DNA of 64,000 nucleotides from Camelus ferus (taxonomy: Eukaryota): NCBI RefSeq assembly GCF_009834535.1, contig NC_045697.1, positions 83,888,001 to 83,952,000 of the forward strand, in the 5' to 3' direction. The notes beneath the pieces are model-generated. The model saw nothing but the letters and a program-made list of their open reading frames with translations, searched no databases and was not told the DNA's origin. Shown here piece after piece: positions 1-12,975 of the stretch. A program made the position numbers and the translations under genes. Every line of letters starts with the position of its first letter. Position 1 is the stretch's first letter.

Positions 1-12
1 AGACCTCTATCA

Positions 13-162
<150 letters not shown>

Positions 163-957
163 TCAAGAGCAAGTTAAAATAAGTTAAGACTCCCCAACAT
201 TCCCCTCTCAATAGTCATACATACACAAAACAGCATTTTCTAAATCCTTTCGATTCATTTCAGATCAAATTCTCATTGAGAACCTATCATGTCTTCAGTT
301 CCACTTTTGTTTACTTTCACAATTTTAGATGAGTAGCTTCCAAGTTCTATTCTGTAATAACCTGAGCTCTGACCCTGATCTTCCAGAGAACTTGATTTTT
401 ATTCAATTTGTTTCTTGCGATCATGGGTAAGAATATTTTAGAAAAAGATTCTTGTAGGGAAAGAAATTGAAAATAACTTTTTCAAAGAAAATACTTTTTT
501 TTTTTTTTACAGTTCAAACACTTAAAGTCTAAAAATAATTAAATTCAGAAGAAATGATTACGAAAAGAAGCCTTAACTTTTCCCCTCAAATCCCTCTTGA
601 TCTTCAGTTTGCCTTTCAAGTTTCACCCGCCACACCCCTGCTCCTTGAGACATAAGAAACACACAATATCAAGTTTGCAGTTTTTGCCTGTTGTATAAAA
701 ATCAGAAGAAACAAAAGCCCCTAAGTTTTGTCCTTTAGTTTGGAAACATATTTTTCTACTAAAACAGTTATTAATGAAGAATATAGAGCTAAAATATTGT
801 CTTTCTGTTGTAACTATCTAGGGATGAAAATAATGAGCAAAATCTAGTTGTGTGGAGCCAAGAAGAAATTCTAGTAATAAGAGGATCTTCCTCTTCCTCT
901 CTATCTTCTCCCTGCCCTGACTTCCTTCTTCATAAAAGAGACAACAGACGATGGGAC

Positions 958-995
958 AAAAAAAAAAAAAAGAAGAAGAAGAAGAAGAAGAAGAG
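958..995 (+). repeat. poly(A)+(GAA)n microsatellite
   Basis: A-run followed by about 7 GAA units. Confidence 0.9.
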
Positions 996-1104
996 ATAAA
1001 AAGAAGAGGGGAAAAGGGAGAAATGAGATGAGTGCCCACACTGGAATATGCAGCACTGGAGTATATGCAGTTTTTACAGTCCTAACACAACTATTAACAC
1101 GACA

Positions 1105-4100
1105 GGAGAGAAAGATGGAGGAGTAGAAGGACACAGAGCTCACCTCCTCCCACAAATACATCAAAAATATACCTACATGTGGAACAATTTTCATAGAATA
1201 GCAACTGTGAGCTGGCAGATCTCTTATACAACCAAGAAAGATCCCCACATAACCGCATAGTATGAAAGGAAAAAATAAAAAGGAGGAGGAATCAGGACAG
1301 ACGGTGTGCCCCTGGGAAGGAGCTATGAAAGAGGAAAGGTTTCCTCGCCCTGGGGACCTCCTGCACCTGCTGGGAGGTCTGCTGGGACAGTCAGGGAGTT
1401 GGAGAGGCCTGTACCTCACTCGGGAGGAGTGTGCAGGTGCTGGTTTGCTGGTGGGCAGGGTAGAGAGGGACTGACTCTGACAGCTGCCATGTCCCACACT
1501 TCCCAGCCCAAGACACACACCTGCTGGTATGCAAAGTGGCTGGGCACTGAAACTCTGACTTCAGCAGACAGGCCCAGGGAGGGGATTTGGTTTGGCTGCA
1601 CAGAGATAGCCCAAGGGGACTGGAGTGTGCTCTAGGCTGCCATTGTTGGCACATGAGGATGGAGCGCAGGTCTGCCATAGGGGCCCCACTGTCAACATGC
1701 TCAAGGCGGGGTGCAGCTCTGGTGGCAGCGGGCTTTGGAAGCATGCACACAGCAGACATGGGGCTGACATCCCAGCTGATTATCAGCACTCTCACAGTGA
1801 GGGCTAGTCAGGGTGGCAGTACCAGCAGCAGCAGCCTCTGTGGGCGAGCACACCAGGTGGCAGTCAGCGTCACAGAATTGTACATCCCTGGCAGAAAGCT
1901 TCTGGGGAAGAATACGCAGTAGCTCCTTTTCCAGTGGGAGTGCTCCAGTCCTGCCGTCCTTACTCTGCAGCTCAGAACCAGATCTGGGGGCTTCTACTTA
2001 AACAACTAGGGAGCAGACCCTGCCCTGATAGCCACAGAGCAAAGAGGAGGCCCCACACAACAACCATTGAAGGCTCTGGTCACCATAGCACCAAACACAC
2101 ACCCTATTGAGGGGACAACAACCAGCACACTCTGAGGAAAGATGTGGCAGGCATCCATACCAAAAACAGCCCTTGCACCAAAAATACTGGACTCACACAG
2201 TCTACACAGGGATGCTCCCATATAAAAACAGCCCTTCAAGACCACAGTAAATAGGTGTTTCTCCTAAATTCATAGTCAGAGAAATTTAAGTAAAATGAAA
2301 AAGAGGAACTACTCACAATTAAAGGAACAAGAAAAATCCCCTGAAAGAACGAACAATAAAACACACCTCTCCAGTCTACCAGACCTAGCATTCAAAAAGG
2401 AGGTAATAAAAATGTTAAAGGAATTAAGAAAAATTATCACTAGAAATGCAGAATACTGTAACAAAGAACTAGAAACTGTAAAGAGAAACTAACCAAAATT
2501 AGCTCAACTGCCGGTATATAAATTTTAAAAACAATCAAAATTTTTCAGTAAAAGCAATTATAAACAAAATGAACAGCAAAAGAATAAATATGAAGATGTA
2601 AAATAAGATATCAAAATCACAAAATGTGGGGGAAAGGAGTAAAAAATGTAGATCTTTTAGAATGTGTTTGAACTTATATGGATATCAGTCTAAAGGAAGT
2701 AGATAAGTTTATGGGTTAACATACTCGAAAAACATGATAACCACAAATCAAAAATATACAGTAGATTACAAAAACCAAAAGGAAAAGAAAAAACAAGTTT
2801 TTTTCTGTGTAGCACAGGGAACTATGTTCAATATCTTGTAATAACCTTTAATGAAAAAGAATATGAAAATGAATGTATGTATGTGTATGCATGACTGGGA
2901 CATTGTGTTGTACACAAGAAATTGACGCACTGTAACTGACTGTACTTAAACTAAGAAAAAAAAAAAAAAAGGAAAGGAACTCAAGCATAATACAAAAAAA
3001 CTCCCCAGAAAACAAAACAAAACAAAAAAACCCCATCAAACCACAAAAGCAAAAACAAAAAGAAGAAAGGAACAAAGAACAACTACAAAATCAATTGGAA
3101 AATAAGGTTTAAAATGGCAATAAATATACACTTACTTTAATACTTACATACTTACAATAATTACTTTAAATGTCAATGGACTAAATGTTCCAATCAAAAG
3201 ATAGAGTGGCAGATTAAATAAACAAACAGGATGCCTACAAGAGACCCTCTTTAGGGCAAAAGACACATACAGATTGAAAGTGAGGAGAGAAAAAGATATT
3301 TCAATCAAATGGAAACAATAAGAAAACAGGGGTAGCAATACCCATGTCAGACAAGACAGATTTTAAAACAAAGCCCATAAAGAAGAACAAAGAAAGATAC
3401 TGTATAACGATATAGGGATCAACACAAGAAGAGGATACTATACCAGTTAACATATATACACTCAGTATAGGAGCACCTAAATACACAAAACAGATACTAA
3501 CAGACAAAAAAGGAATACATCGATGGGAATACAATAATACTAGGAGACTTTATTATCACACTGACATCAATGGACAGATCTTCCAGGCAGAAAATCACTA
3601 AGGCAATAGAGATCCTAAATGACACAATAGAACAGTTGGACTTAATTGATATCTACAGGACACTACATCCAAAAAATCAGAATACACATTCAAGTACACA
3701 CGGAACATCCTCTAGGATAGACAACATACTAGGACATAAAAAAGCCTTAACAAATTTAAGAGGACAGAAATTATTTTAAGCATCTTTTCAGAGCACAATA
3801 ATATGAAAATAGAAATCTACTACAAAAAGAAAAATGAGAGGAAAAAATGATTACTAAGCAATATGCTACTAAAAAGCCAACAGGTCAACAATGAAATCAA
3901 AGAGGAAATCAGAAAACACCTTAAGACAAATGCCAATGAAAACACAACCTTACAAAATTTATGGGATGTAGGAAAAGCATTTCTAAGAGGGAAGCTCATT
4001 CCATTACAGGTCTTTCTCAAAAAACAAGAAAAATACTAAACAATCTAACATACCAAGAGAATTAGAAGAAGAACAAACAAAACCCAAAGTCAGCAGAAGG

Positions 4101-4910
4101 AAGGAAAGAATAAGTATCATTGAGGAAATAAATAAAATAGAAATTAAAAAAATAGATGGAAAAAAAACCATGAAGTGGTTTTTTGAAAGGATAAACAAAA
4201 TTGACAAACCTCTGGCCAGACTCACCAGGAAGAACAGAGAGCACCCAAATAAAGAAAATGAGAAATGAAAGAGAAGAAATTACAACTAACACCAAAGAAA
4301 TACAAACAACAATAATAATAACCTCTAAGAGATTACTGTGAACAGTTACATGCCAACAAATTAGACAATCTAAAAGAAATGGATAAGATTCCAAAAACAT
4401 ACAGCCTGCCAAAACTGAGTCAAGAAGCAATAGATAATTTGAAGAGATTGATCACTAGATGTGAAATGGAAACTGTAATTTAAAAAAACTCCCTGCAAAC
4501 AAAAGTCCAGTACTGGATGGCTTCACTGTGGAATTCTACCACACACACAAAACACTGATACCTATCCTTCTCAAACTATTCCAAAACACTGAATAGACAA
4601 GAACACTCCCAAAGTCATTCTGTGAAGCCACTATCACTCTGAAACCAAAACCAAAGACATAACAAAAAGAAAAGAGAAAATTATAGGCCAATATCTTTAA
4701 TGAATACAGATGCAAAAATTCTCAACAAAACATTAGCAAACCAAATCCAACAATACATAAAAAGAATTATATACCATGATCAAGTTGGATTCATTCCACA
4801 GTTGCAAGGATGGTTCAACATATGCAAATCAATCAATGTGATATACTACATCAACAAAAGAAAAGACACAACAACACGATCATTTCAATAGATACAGAAA
4901 AATCACTTGA
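1105..4910 (+). mobile_element. LINE-1 5' portion (5' UTR, ORF1 start, degenerate ORF2 EN to early RT), 3'-truncated
   Basis: Begins GGAGAGAAAGATGG like an L1 5' end, followed by a GC-rich UTR. ORF1-like MKKRNYSQLKEQEKSPE at 2295; ORF2 remnants MDRSSRQKI..DLIDIYRTLHP (3570) and [32 protein letters not shown] (4700). Confidence 0.9.
2790..2966 (+). mobile_element. Short 5'-truncated L1 3' end nested in the larger L1
   Basis: L1 3' UTR motif (TAGCACAGGGAACTAT...), poly(A) tail and TSD AAAAGGAAA(A/G)GAA at 2777-2789 / 2967-2979. Confidence 0.85.
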
Positions 4911-7741
4911 TTTGAATTCTTATAAATTAAGGATATAGAGTATGCTCCAAACACAACTACTATAAGATAAAAACTAGACTAAAAAGTTACCATGGCCAAA
5001 GACAAGAAGCAAACAAAAAAATCAAAACACTGTAGTTACATTCTATATTTAAACCACAAGGTTAACTGGAGTAGTTTTCATATTATCAATATTTATTGTC
5101 ATCATTTCAATCAATGAGTTCAATGTAACAGCAACGTAAAAGTCATAATAATCTATATATTTAACATAGTTAGCGTTCAGTCTTCAAATAGACTCTATTT
5201 CCAGAAAATTTATTTTAAAGTAGCCATTTGCAACTTACAAAGCACTGCCTCCCAAGAAACAATGTCCTTGGTGGTAATTACATTTCCAAATTAATCAACA
5301 TCTTGGCTAGAATACTACAAAGAGAGTAAGAAACCTCACAGTTCTAGTAATTCCTAAAAATAGACTTTTTTTTTTAAACCTCGAATACATGTTCTCGGAA
5401 AACAGCTTAGAGATAAAATAACACACAGAAATATCAACAGAGATTTTGCCTGTGCCTCAGTTCTTAAAGGGTTTCTATTTGATGACAGTGACTTTTGCTA
5501 ATGCCAAAGCTACTTCAAATCATATAGATTTCTTTTTCCTTCAGAAAATGTACCACTAAAATTACTTTCACACTTATCTGCTATGAATCAAGTATTCTGG
5601 TTTCATAAAATAGAATCAGGGAAGAGAAAAAAACAAACTGATTGTCTTGAGATAAATGAACAAGAAGGAAAAGGGAGAAACAAGATAGTAAGGTGCGTGT
5701 GCACAGCTAAGGCGGGCTGCTTAAAGTAGAGTTATTTGCACACTGGCGTGGTGGTATGGTGAGAGAAAGGGGAGTAGGAGGAGCTTCACCTCTGAAGAAT
5801 CTCCCTGCAGATGCAGAGAATGAGGAAGAGATCTGATGTGATGCCAGGTTCCACACTTTCAAAATGTGGATAAGACCACCATCCAAAAAGGCTGCAGTGA
5901 GCACTCAGCTCAGGCCTGGCATGCAACAGGAGTTCAGTACACATGATTTTACATCTTTCTTTCCAGAAGGAAGAATTAATTTAGTTAGCAAAAGCATCCT
6001 ACTTTGGTAATAGGAACATAAACAAGCTCCATATGGCATTGCTATTTTATTACTTTTAAGATAAATATGATATTGGACTGATTTGTATATGTGTATTTTA
6101 AGGGGCTTGAATAAATCACATCATTTACTTGCTTACTGCTTTTGCGGTTAACATTCATTCAACAAATATGTGAGTGCATATGATGTGGTATTCCTTGTTC
6201 TCTGTTTTAGGGACACAATACTGAACAAAACCAAATCCTGGATCCCCTGGAGCTTCCATCTGTTCTAGGATGGAAGACAGGCCATAAACACATGTACAAG
6301 TAAGATAGCTCCTTTGTCAGGTAATAAGTCCTGTGGTTATAAAGTGACGTGGACAGGGGGCACAGGGGGATTGAGGACGAGCAATAAGGACGTGAAGGAA
6401 ATGCAGGAGTGAGCCACGCCCTGTTGTATGTAGGGGAAGAGAATCCAGGCAGAGGGAACAGCAAGTGCAAAGGCCTAGAGGCAGAAGTATGCTTGGTGTG
6501 TCTGAGGAGTAACAAGGAGCTGGTGTGACTGAAGCAAAGTGACAGAGAACAGTGGTAAGAGACCAGGTCAGAAGGGGGTGTGTGTGTGCGTGTGCATGTG
6601 TGTGGCAGGGGTGGGAGATGTCAGGGTTGGCAAATAACGTAGGGTCTCGCAAGCCATGGTAAGAACTGCGGTTTTTAACTAGGATTGTTGTGGGGGTGTT
6701 ATGAGCCGGGACACGATCTGACTTAGCATCTGAATGGATCACAGACTGGAAGAGCAGAAAGACCAATTAAGAGGCTCTTATGATAATCCAGGTGGATAGA
6801 TGGTAGAGGCTTGGACCAGGATGAGCACCAAAGGCAGAAGCAGTAGAATTAGCCGAAGGACTAAATGTGAGATGTGCAAGAAAGAGAGGATCAAGGATGA
6901 CTCCTAGTTTTTTGACCAGATGAACCAGAATAATTGGGGCTGGAATCTGGACTTCAGGGACAAGGTCTGGACCAGGAAAATCTGCATTCCTATTTAAAGC
7001 CACGAGAATGGATTCATTTAGAGTACTCTAAATTAATGGGTCCAAAGACTTTGGGACACTTTTAACACTAGGAGGTCAGAGAGATAAGGTGAAACCAACT
7101 AAGGAGACAAGAAAGATCACCAGTGAAGTAAAAAGAGCTGTAAATGAGTGAGTGGTGTTGCTATTACTTTTAAGATAAAATAACATTGGACTGATTTGTA
7201 CATGTGTATTTTAAAGGCTTTGGATGAATGACATGATACACTGCTAACTGCTTTGGTTCTTAATATTCATTTAACAAAAATATGAGTGCACACTGTGTAT
7301 GTGTTGGGGACACTGTAATCCCACTGAAAAGGTGTTTCAAGGAGGATGGAATGAGCAGATGTGTCATATCTCTTGCTGACAGGTCAGGACAGAAGAGATC
7401 TGAGAATTTGCCATAAGATTTGGAAGTGGGAGGTCACCAGAGACCTGGACAAGCACAGTATGGGTGGGGCTGAGATCTAAACTGGAGCAGGTTCAGGAGG
7501 GAATAGGAGGAAATGAACCAAAGACAGTGGGTAAAGGCAAGTCTTCTGGAGGTTTCTTGCTGTAGAAGAGAGACACAAAATGAGGAGGAAACTGGCTAGA
7601 TACTGGGAAGGGACAAAGGAGGCTTCTTTTATTAACAATGAGAGGTGGTACAGAATGTTTATATTCTGATAATAATGATCTAGACAGGGAAAAAATGAAG
7701 TTCATCTTCAAATAAGTAAAGATAACACAGGAGAGAAGCGA

Positions 7742-8940
7742 TGTGATGGTTAATTTTATGTGTCAACTTGGCTAGGCCGTGGTACCCAGTTTCAAATGCC
7801 ACTCTAGATCTTGCTTTGAAGGTGTTTTTTAAAATGATCAACATTTTGCTGGAGAGGGTGTGGAGAAGAGGAAAATCTGCTACACTGTTGGTAGGAATGT
7901 AATTTGGTGTGATCACTATGGAGAAAAGTATGGTGATTCCTTAAAAAACTAAAAATAGACTTACCATATGACCCAGCAATCCCACCCTAAGCATATATCC
8001 AGAGAAAATTCTAATTCAAAAAGATATATTCACCCCAATATTCACAGTAGCACTATTTACAACAGCCAAGACATGGAAGCAACCTAAATGTCCATCAACA
8101 GATGAATGGATAAAGAAGATGTGGCATATATACAATGGAATACTATTCAGCTATAAAAAAGAATGAAATACGCCATGTGCTGCAACGTGGATGGACCTAG
8201 ATAGACATCATCATACTAAATGAAGTAAATCAGGCAGAGAAAAACAAAAACAGCGTATGATATCATTTATATGTGGAATCTAAAAAAAATGACACAGATG
8301 AACCTATTCATGAAACAGAAACAGGCTCACAGACATAGAAAACAAACTTACGGTTACCAAAGGGGAAAAGGAGGGAAAGGGATAAATTGAAAGTTTGGGA
8401 TCAGCAGATACAAACTACTATGTACAGAATAAACAACAAGGTCCTACTGTATAGCACAGGGAACTCTATTCAATACCTTGTAATAGCCTATAATGAAAAA
8501 GAATATATATATGTACAACTGAATCACTATGCTGTAATCAGAAACTAACACAACACAACTAACACAACTTTGTAAATCAGCTATATTTCAATTTTGAAGA
8601 AAAATGTGATTAACATTTAATCAGTAGGCTTTGAGTGAAGCAGAGAACCCTCCATAATGTGGGTGGGCCTCATCCAATCTGTTGAAGGTCTTAAAAGACT
8701 GAGTTCCCGGAGGAAGAGGGAATTCTGCCTCCAGATGCCTTCAGACTGGAGCTGCAGCATCAGCTCTTCCCCATGTCTCCAGCATGCTGGTCAGCCCAGT
8801 AGATTCTGGACTTGCCAGTCTCCAAAAACTGAGTAAACCAATTCTTTAAAATAAATTTCTTTCCATACATGGACACATATCTCACTGGTTTTGTTTTTGG
8901 GGTTCTTTTTTTTTTTTTTTTGAGAACTCTAACTGATACA
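7742..8940 (+). mobile_element. MLT2 (ERVL) solo LTR split by an L1 insertion
   Basis: Starts TGTGATGGTTAATTTTATGTGTCAACTTGGCTAGG, resumes at about 8601 (...CCTCCATAATGTGGGTGGGCCTCATCCAATC) and ends CTAACTGATACA. Confidence 0.85.
7847..8600 (+). mobile_element. 5'-truncated L1 (end of ORF2 + 3' UTR)
   Basis: Typical L1 3' sequence (CCATATGACCCAGCAATCCC, GAATGGATAAAGAAGATGTGG). Imperfect TSD AAAAT(GT)GATYAACATTT at 7831-7846 / ~8602-8618. Confidence 0.9.
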
Positions 8941-9254
8941 GGGGATGTTTTCTGGAGGGCTGTTCTTGACAGGCCATAAGGGATGTGATCTAGGGCATAA
9001 GTGGAGATGATGGCATAGTTAGGAGTACGGACAAGCTTACCCCCAGTAACAGGAGGAAGGGGAAGAAATGGGCACAGATACAATCTCCTTCCATGGAGCA
9101 TGCAGAGGTTCTCTTTGGATTGCTTCTATTTTCTCGGTGGAATAAGAAGCAAGGTTATCATTAAAGAGTCAGAATAGGGGAAGGTAGTGTTAGGGTTTTC
9201 AAGAGAGAAGAAATGATAGTCATCCAGGAAAATGGGAGGGTCAGTTGAGTTGGG

Positions 9255-9422
9255 TGATAGTCTCTGAACTTGCTATACATTAGAGTTAACAGAGGAACTG
9301 TGAAAAATCCCAGTGCCCAGGCCAATTAAATCAGAATTTGGGAGGCTGGGAGCAAAGCATCAGTCATTTTAAATGCTCCAGCCCAGTTATTCTTTTGTGC
9401 AGCCAGGTTTCATAAACACACA
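9255..9422. mobile_element. MER5-like hAT DNA transposon
   Basis: Contains the MER5-type core CCAATTAAATCAGAAT...GCATCAGT...TTTAAATGCTCC...GTGCAGCCAGG. Confidence 0.6.
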
Positions 9423-10279
9423 ACTAAAGGCTCACTTCAGTTTAACGGCTGTGAATTGAAAAAGACCAGAAAGTACGGTGGGCATCTTTCTCAAGTTGCC
9501 TCAGCATCTGTGATGGAATAGGTGGAGAGATGGTTTAACAACAAATGGGAATTTTTTAGGTGAATTCAGTGGAAGGAGGGGGCAAAGGAGTTGAGGGTAG
9601 AAGATGCAAGGGACAGATTTATAATCATGGATCACTAATCTAAGCAGCATGAGAGAAGTGAGAAGATAAGGTGACATGAGTCAAGAAAGGGGGGTAGGTG
9701 GTAAATCCTGAGGGGTGGATTATTATTGGAGTTTTGAGTCCTAAAGAGAATGAGCTGAAAAGACAGGAGGCAGGATGGTTGGAGGAGTGGATGCTTTCAC
9801 CTGAGACTTGGAAGGTGCACAGTGATTGCTAATGACAGGACCTATGGTAAGACCCTGGGTAACTGAAGTAGGGTAGATGAAAAGCACATTGGAAGAAAAG
9901 AAGACCGAGAAGTGAGAGGCCAGGGAAATGGAAAGCTCTACAGATGGATAGAAAAATTGCCAATAATTGTAACAGAAACAGTACTGGAGAGATTAACAAT
10001 GAACCAGGAGCAAAAAACTTCAGAGAACTAAGTGGCAGTGGCAAACAGTCTGCAGATGTTATACATACGCAGAGAAACAAGAAGACAAAACGTAAATCAT
10101 GTAAATACATGAGACTTCTCCAACTGGAATAATCAAATAATAAATATTAAACTAGAAAAGTAATGGCTGGTAATATGATCATCAAAAGGGCACTAAGAGT
10201 GACTAAAATTTAATTTCTAACACAGCATCAGACACTTTATCACAAATCTTCAAGCTTATACTCAAATAAATATAGAATA

Positions 10280-11295
10280 AGTGGGAGATTACAAAAATAG
10301 CCAAAATCCTCCACCTGTCCCTGTACTGGTGCTCTTTTTAAGGACTTCGCAGCTCACCCCATCAAGAGGCAGGGTCTATTTTTCTACCTCTTGACTCTGA
10401 GGTGGTCTTGTGACTTGCTTTGGCTAAGAGAATGTCGCAGATGAGGAAATGTGTCAGTTCCAAGCCAAGGCCCCCAAAGGCCTTATGTATTCCTACCTTC
10501 CCTCTTGGATCTCTGGCACTGCCAAGGGAACAAACCCAGGATGTCCTGCTCAGTGACAGGACTCAGTCATCCCCAGCGAACAGATGGGTACCAAATACCA
10601 GATGCATGAATGACACCATTTATAGTGGGCTGAATGGTAACCCCTAAAAGATATGTCTGTATCCTAATCCCTGAAACCTGTGACTGTCACTTCATATGGC
10701 AAAAGAATTGATTAAATTAAGGATCGCAAGAGAAGGGGCTTATCCTAGATTATCACGGTGGGCCCTTAGTGAAATCAAATGAAATATTATGTAGAGGAAC
10801 ACGGAGTTTTGAGATGGATACTCAAAGGAAAAGATACAGAGAAGAGGAGGAGGTGATATGACAACAGAGTCAGAGATTGAAGTCATGGGGCCACAAGCCA
10901 AGGAATGCCTGAAGCCACCAAACACTGGGAGACATAAGGGATGGATTCTCCCAGAGAGCCTTTGGAGGGAGGACAGCCCTGCCAACATGTTGATTTCAGA
11001 CCTGTGGCCTCCAGAACTGGAAGAAAATGAATTTCTGTCTTTTTAAGCCACCCAGTTTGTGGTACCTGGTTACAGCAACTACAGAAAACTCTTACACCAT
11101 CTTAGACCATTCAGGCTCCAGCCAGGCCTCTAGCTGACCCCAGAAGCACAGAGCAAGCCCAGCCAAAATCAGCTGAGCCTGGCCCAGATTAGCAGAACTG
11201 CCCGGAGGACCTACTGACTCATGTGCATTGATAAACAGTGATTGTAAGCTACTGAGTTTGGTCGTGGCTTGTTACACGCAAAAGTTAAATAATAA
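10280..11295 (+). mobile_element. Old MLT1 (MaLR) LTR hosting a nested MLT1D-like LTR
   Basis: MLT1 motifs (CCCATCAAGAGG, CTTGTGACTTGCTTTGGC, CCCAGATTAGCAGAACTGCCC) on both sides of the nested element. Confidence 0.7.
10621..11096 (+). mobile_element. MLT1D-like MaLR solo LTR
   Basis: TATAGTGGGCTGAATGG...AAAAGATATGTC start and ...GTTACAGCAACTACAGAAAACTCTTACA end; 5-bp TSD CCATT/CCATC. Confidence 0.85.
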
Positions 11296-11374
11296 GGTAG
11301 CTCTTCGTGCTCTTTAGTCTCTTTCTAAATTTTTCGACTCATGTTTATAGAACCACATCAGAAATGAAAGTTTC

Positions 11375-11799
11375 CTGTAGACAATTTAATTCCAAAGGAC
11401 TTCACATCCCTGCTCAATGCCATAAGACTTGCAGTTTCTCCTGAGGGAAGAGTTTTCATCCTTGCCCCACTGACATCGGGCTCTGTTAAACGACTTGCTC
11501 TGGCCAAGGGAGTGAGTTGTTGTGACACGTGCCACATCTGATTGAAAGCTTTAAGAGCTATTACACCTTTTGGCCAGTTTTCCTCCTTTTTTCCCTCTGT
11601 TATGAGAATACATGTCCCCAGCAGGGGTGCTTTCACCTTGGATTCTAGAGTGATCAGGGCACATGGAGCAGAACTTAAAACCAAACTGCACCTACTGCAG
11701 CCCACATGTAACCTACGGGATAAGTAAATCTTTGTGGTTACAAGCAAAGTTGGGGATCATCTGTTATGCAGACTAACCTAATAAAAGATGACTGATACA
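11375..11799 (+). mobile_element. Old MLT1 (MaLR) LTR
   Basis: TGTAG start and GACTGATACA end, with an internal GACTTGCTCTGGCCAA motif. Confidence 0.6.
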
Positions 11800-12290
11800 G
11801 TAACTCAAGAGTAATCCTTCAAAGAAAATCACTTGGGTGCAGAATTAAATTACAGCTCTAATTTTATTTAAAACAATTTTTTTAACATGTAAAATACTTT
11901 GTACTTTCTTTCCTATGGGGATCCTAAAAAGGGTCCTTTAGTTATTTAAAATAGCATTTCTATATAGAATATACTCTTACTGATTATTCATTAAATTTCA
12001 ATAAATACTGACAATATGTGTGAATATAAACATCAATAGATACTGCAAAGCTTATATGATACCAAAAAATCTACACAGGCTGTCTCTCTCATGGAGCCGC
12101 TGGTATGCCATATCCCACCCTCCCCACCCCCATACATACCCAGAAGGAAGCAAGCCTTATCTATGTGATGGGTATTGTGCTTTGACAATAAAGGACAGGA
12201 TAAATGCTCACAAACTGAAGAGTGTCTGAGAACAATGAATGAAGAATGGTCCTTTGTGAGGGAGACTGTGGGAGTAAGAAGAGCACTTAC

Positions 12291-12418
12291 TGGGCTGGGG
12301 ACCACGGCAGGCTCCAGCTTCTTCTGGGGCTGCGGTGGACCTGCCATCTGTGCAGGACCTCCAGGGAAGCCTCCTGGGTAGGAGAGCGGCGCACCTCCCA
12401 TCTGGGGGCCAGAGTTGG
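12291..12418 (-). CDS. SEC24D: SEC24D exon 6
   Basis: 128 nt, acceptor TTTCCGAGCAG|CC, donor CCCA|GTAAGT. Encodes [43 protein letters not shown]; ends at codon 267, phase 0. Confidence 0.95.
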
Positions 12419-12699
12419 CTGCTCGGAAAGAATTTTACAAAGAAATGACTATAACCCCAAATCCCAGATGTTGCACTCACTGACATTATTATGCTGTTCA
12501 GTCAAGCATGTTGCATTTTTCATCTTAAATAAGGCAAGGAGTTAAGTGTGAATACCTACGGTTCCCCTTTTTTTGCATTTGCTGCACTTGCCACACTATT
12601 CAAAAATAGCAAGTGACAGTGGTCTAGTAACATAGGAACAAAGCTGATTTCCAATTAAGGTAACACAAAAGGCATTCTTCTGAGCTCGGCCCATCTTAC

Positions 12700-12975
12700 C
12701 TGGCTGCGGAGGATATCCAGGGCCCAGGGTCTGTCCTGGAAGAGCCGGGGGCTGGTATTGGGCATTCAGAGGAGCAGGCCCAGGGAGCCCGTCTTGTCTG
12801 GGTGCCGACGGAGGCAAAGGTGAGACACCAGGGCCATTGAGTGCAGTGGGTGGTGGTGGGAGAACCTGAGATCCAGGCTGCACAATGGACGGCTGCAGAG
12901 GTCGGGGAGGACCCTGGAATGACGGTGCTGATGGAGGGCCAGGGGGACCTTGGCCAGAGGGAGCCATGCCCGAAC
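12700..12975 (-). CDS. SEC24D: SEC24D exon 5
   Basis: 276 nt, acceptor TTTTGCCTAG|GT, donor CCAG|GTAAG. Pro/Gly/Gln-rich [15 protein letters not shown]...[12 protein letters not shown] (part of ORF 12596..13015). Confidence 0.96.

Larger units (their letters stand above)
6150..9960 (-). mobile_element. Fragmented LINE-2, interrupted by MLT2/L1 and MER5
   Basis: Reverse-complemented L2 tail (CATTCATTCAACAAATAT) followed by purine-rich L2 body sequence; boundaries approximate. Confidence 0.7.

Noticed and set aside
901..2245. Dense overlapping ORFs of up to 205 aa
   Set aside because: They lie over the GC-rich L1 5' UTR and a GAA microsatellite.
1084..4958. AACACAACTA on both sides of the large L1 as a possible TSD
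   Set aside because: The copies are offset by about 10 and 40 bp from the element ends and are low-complexity, so this is not a convincing TSD.
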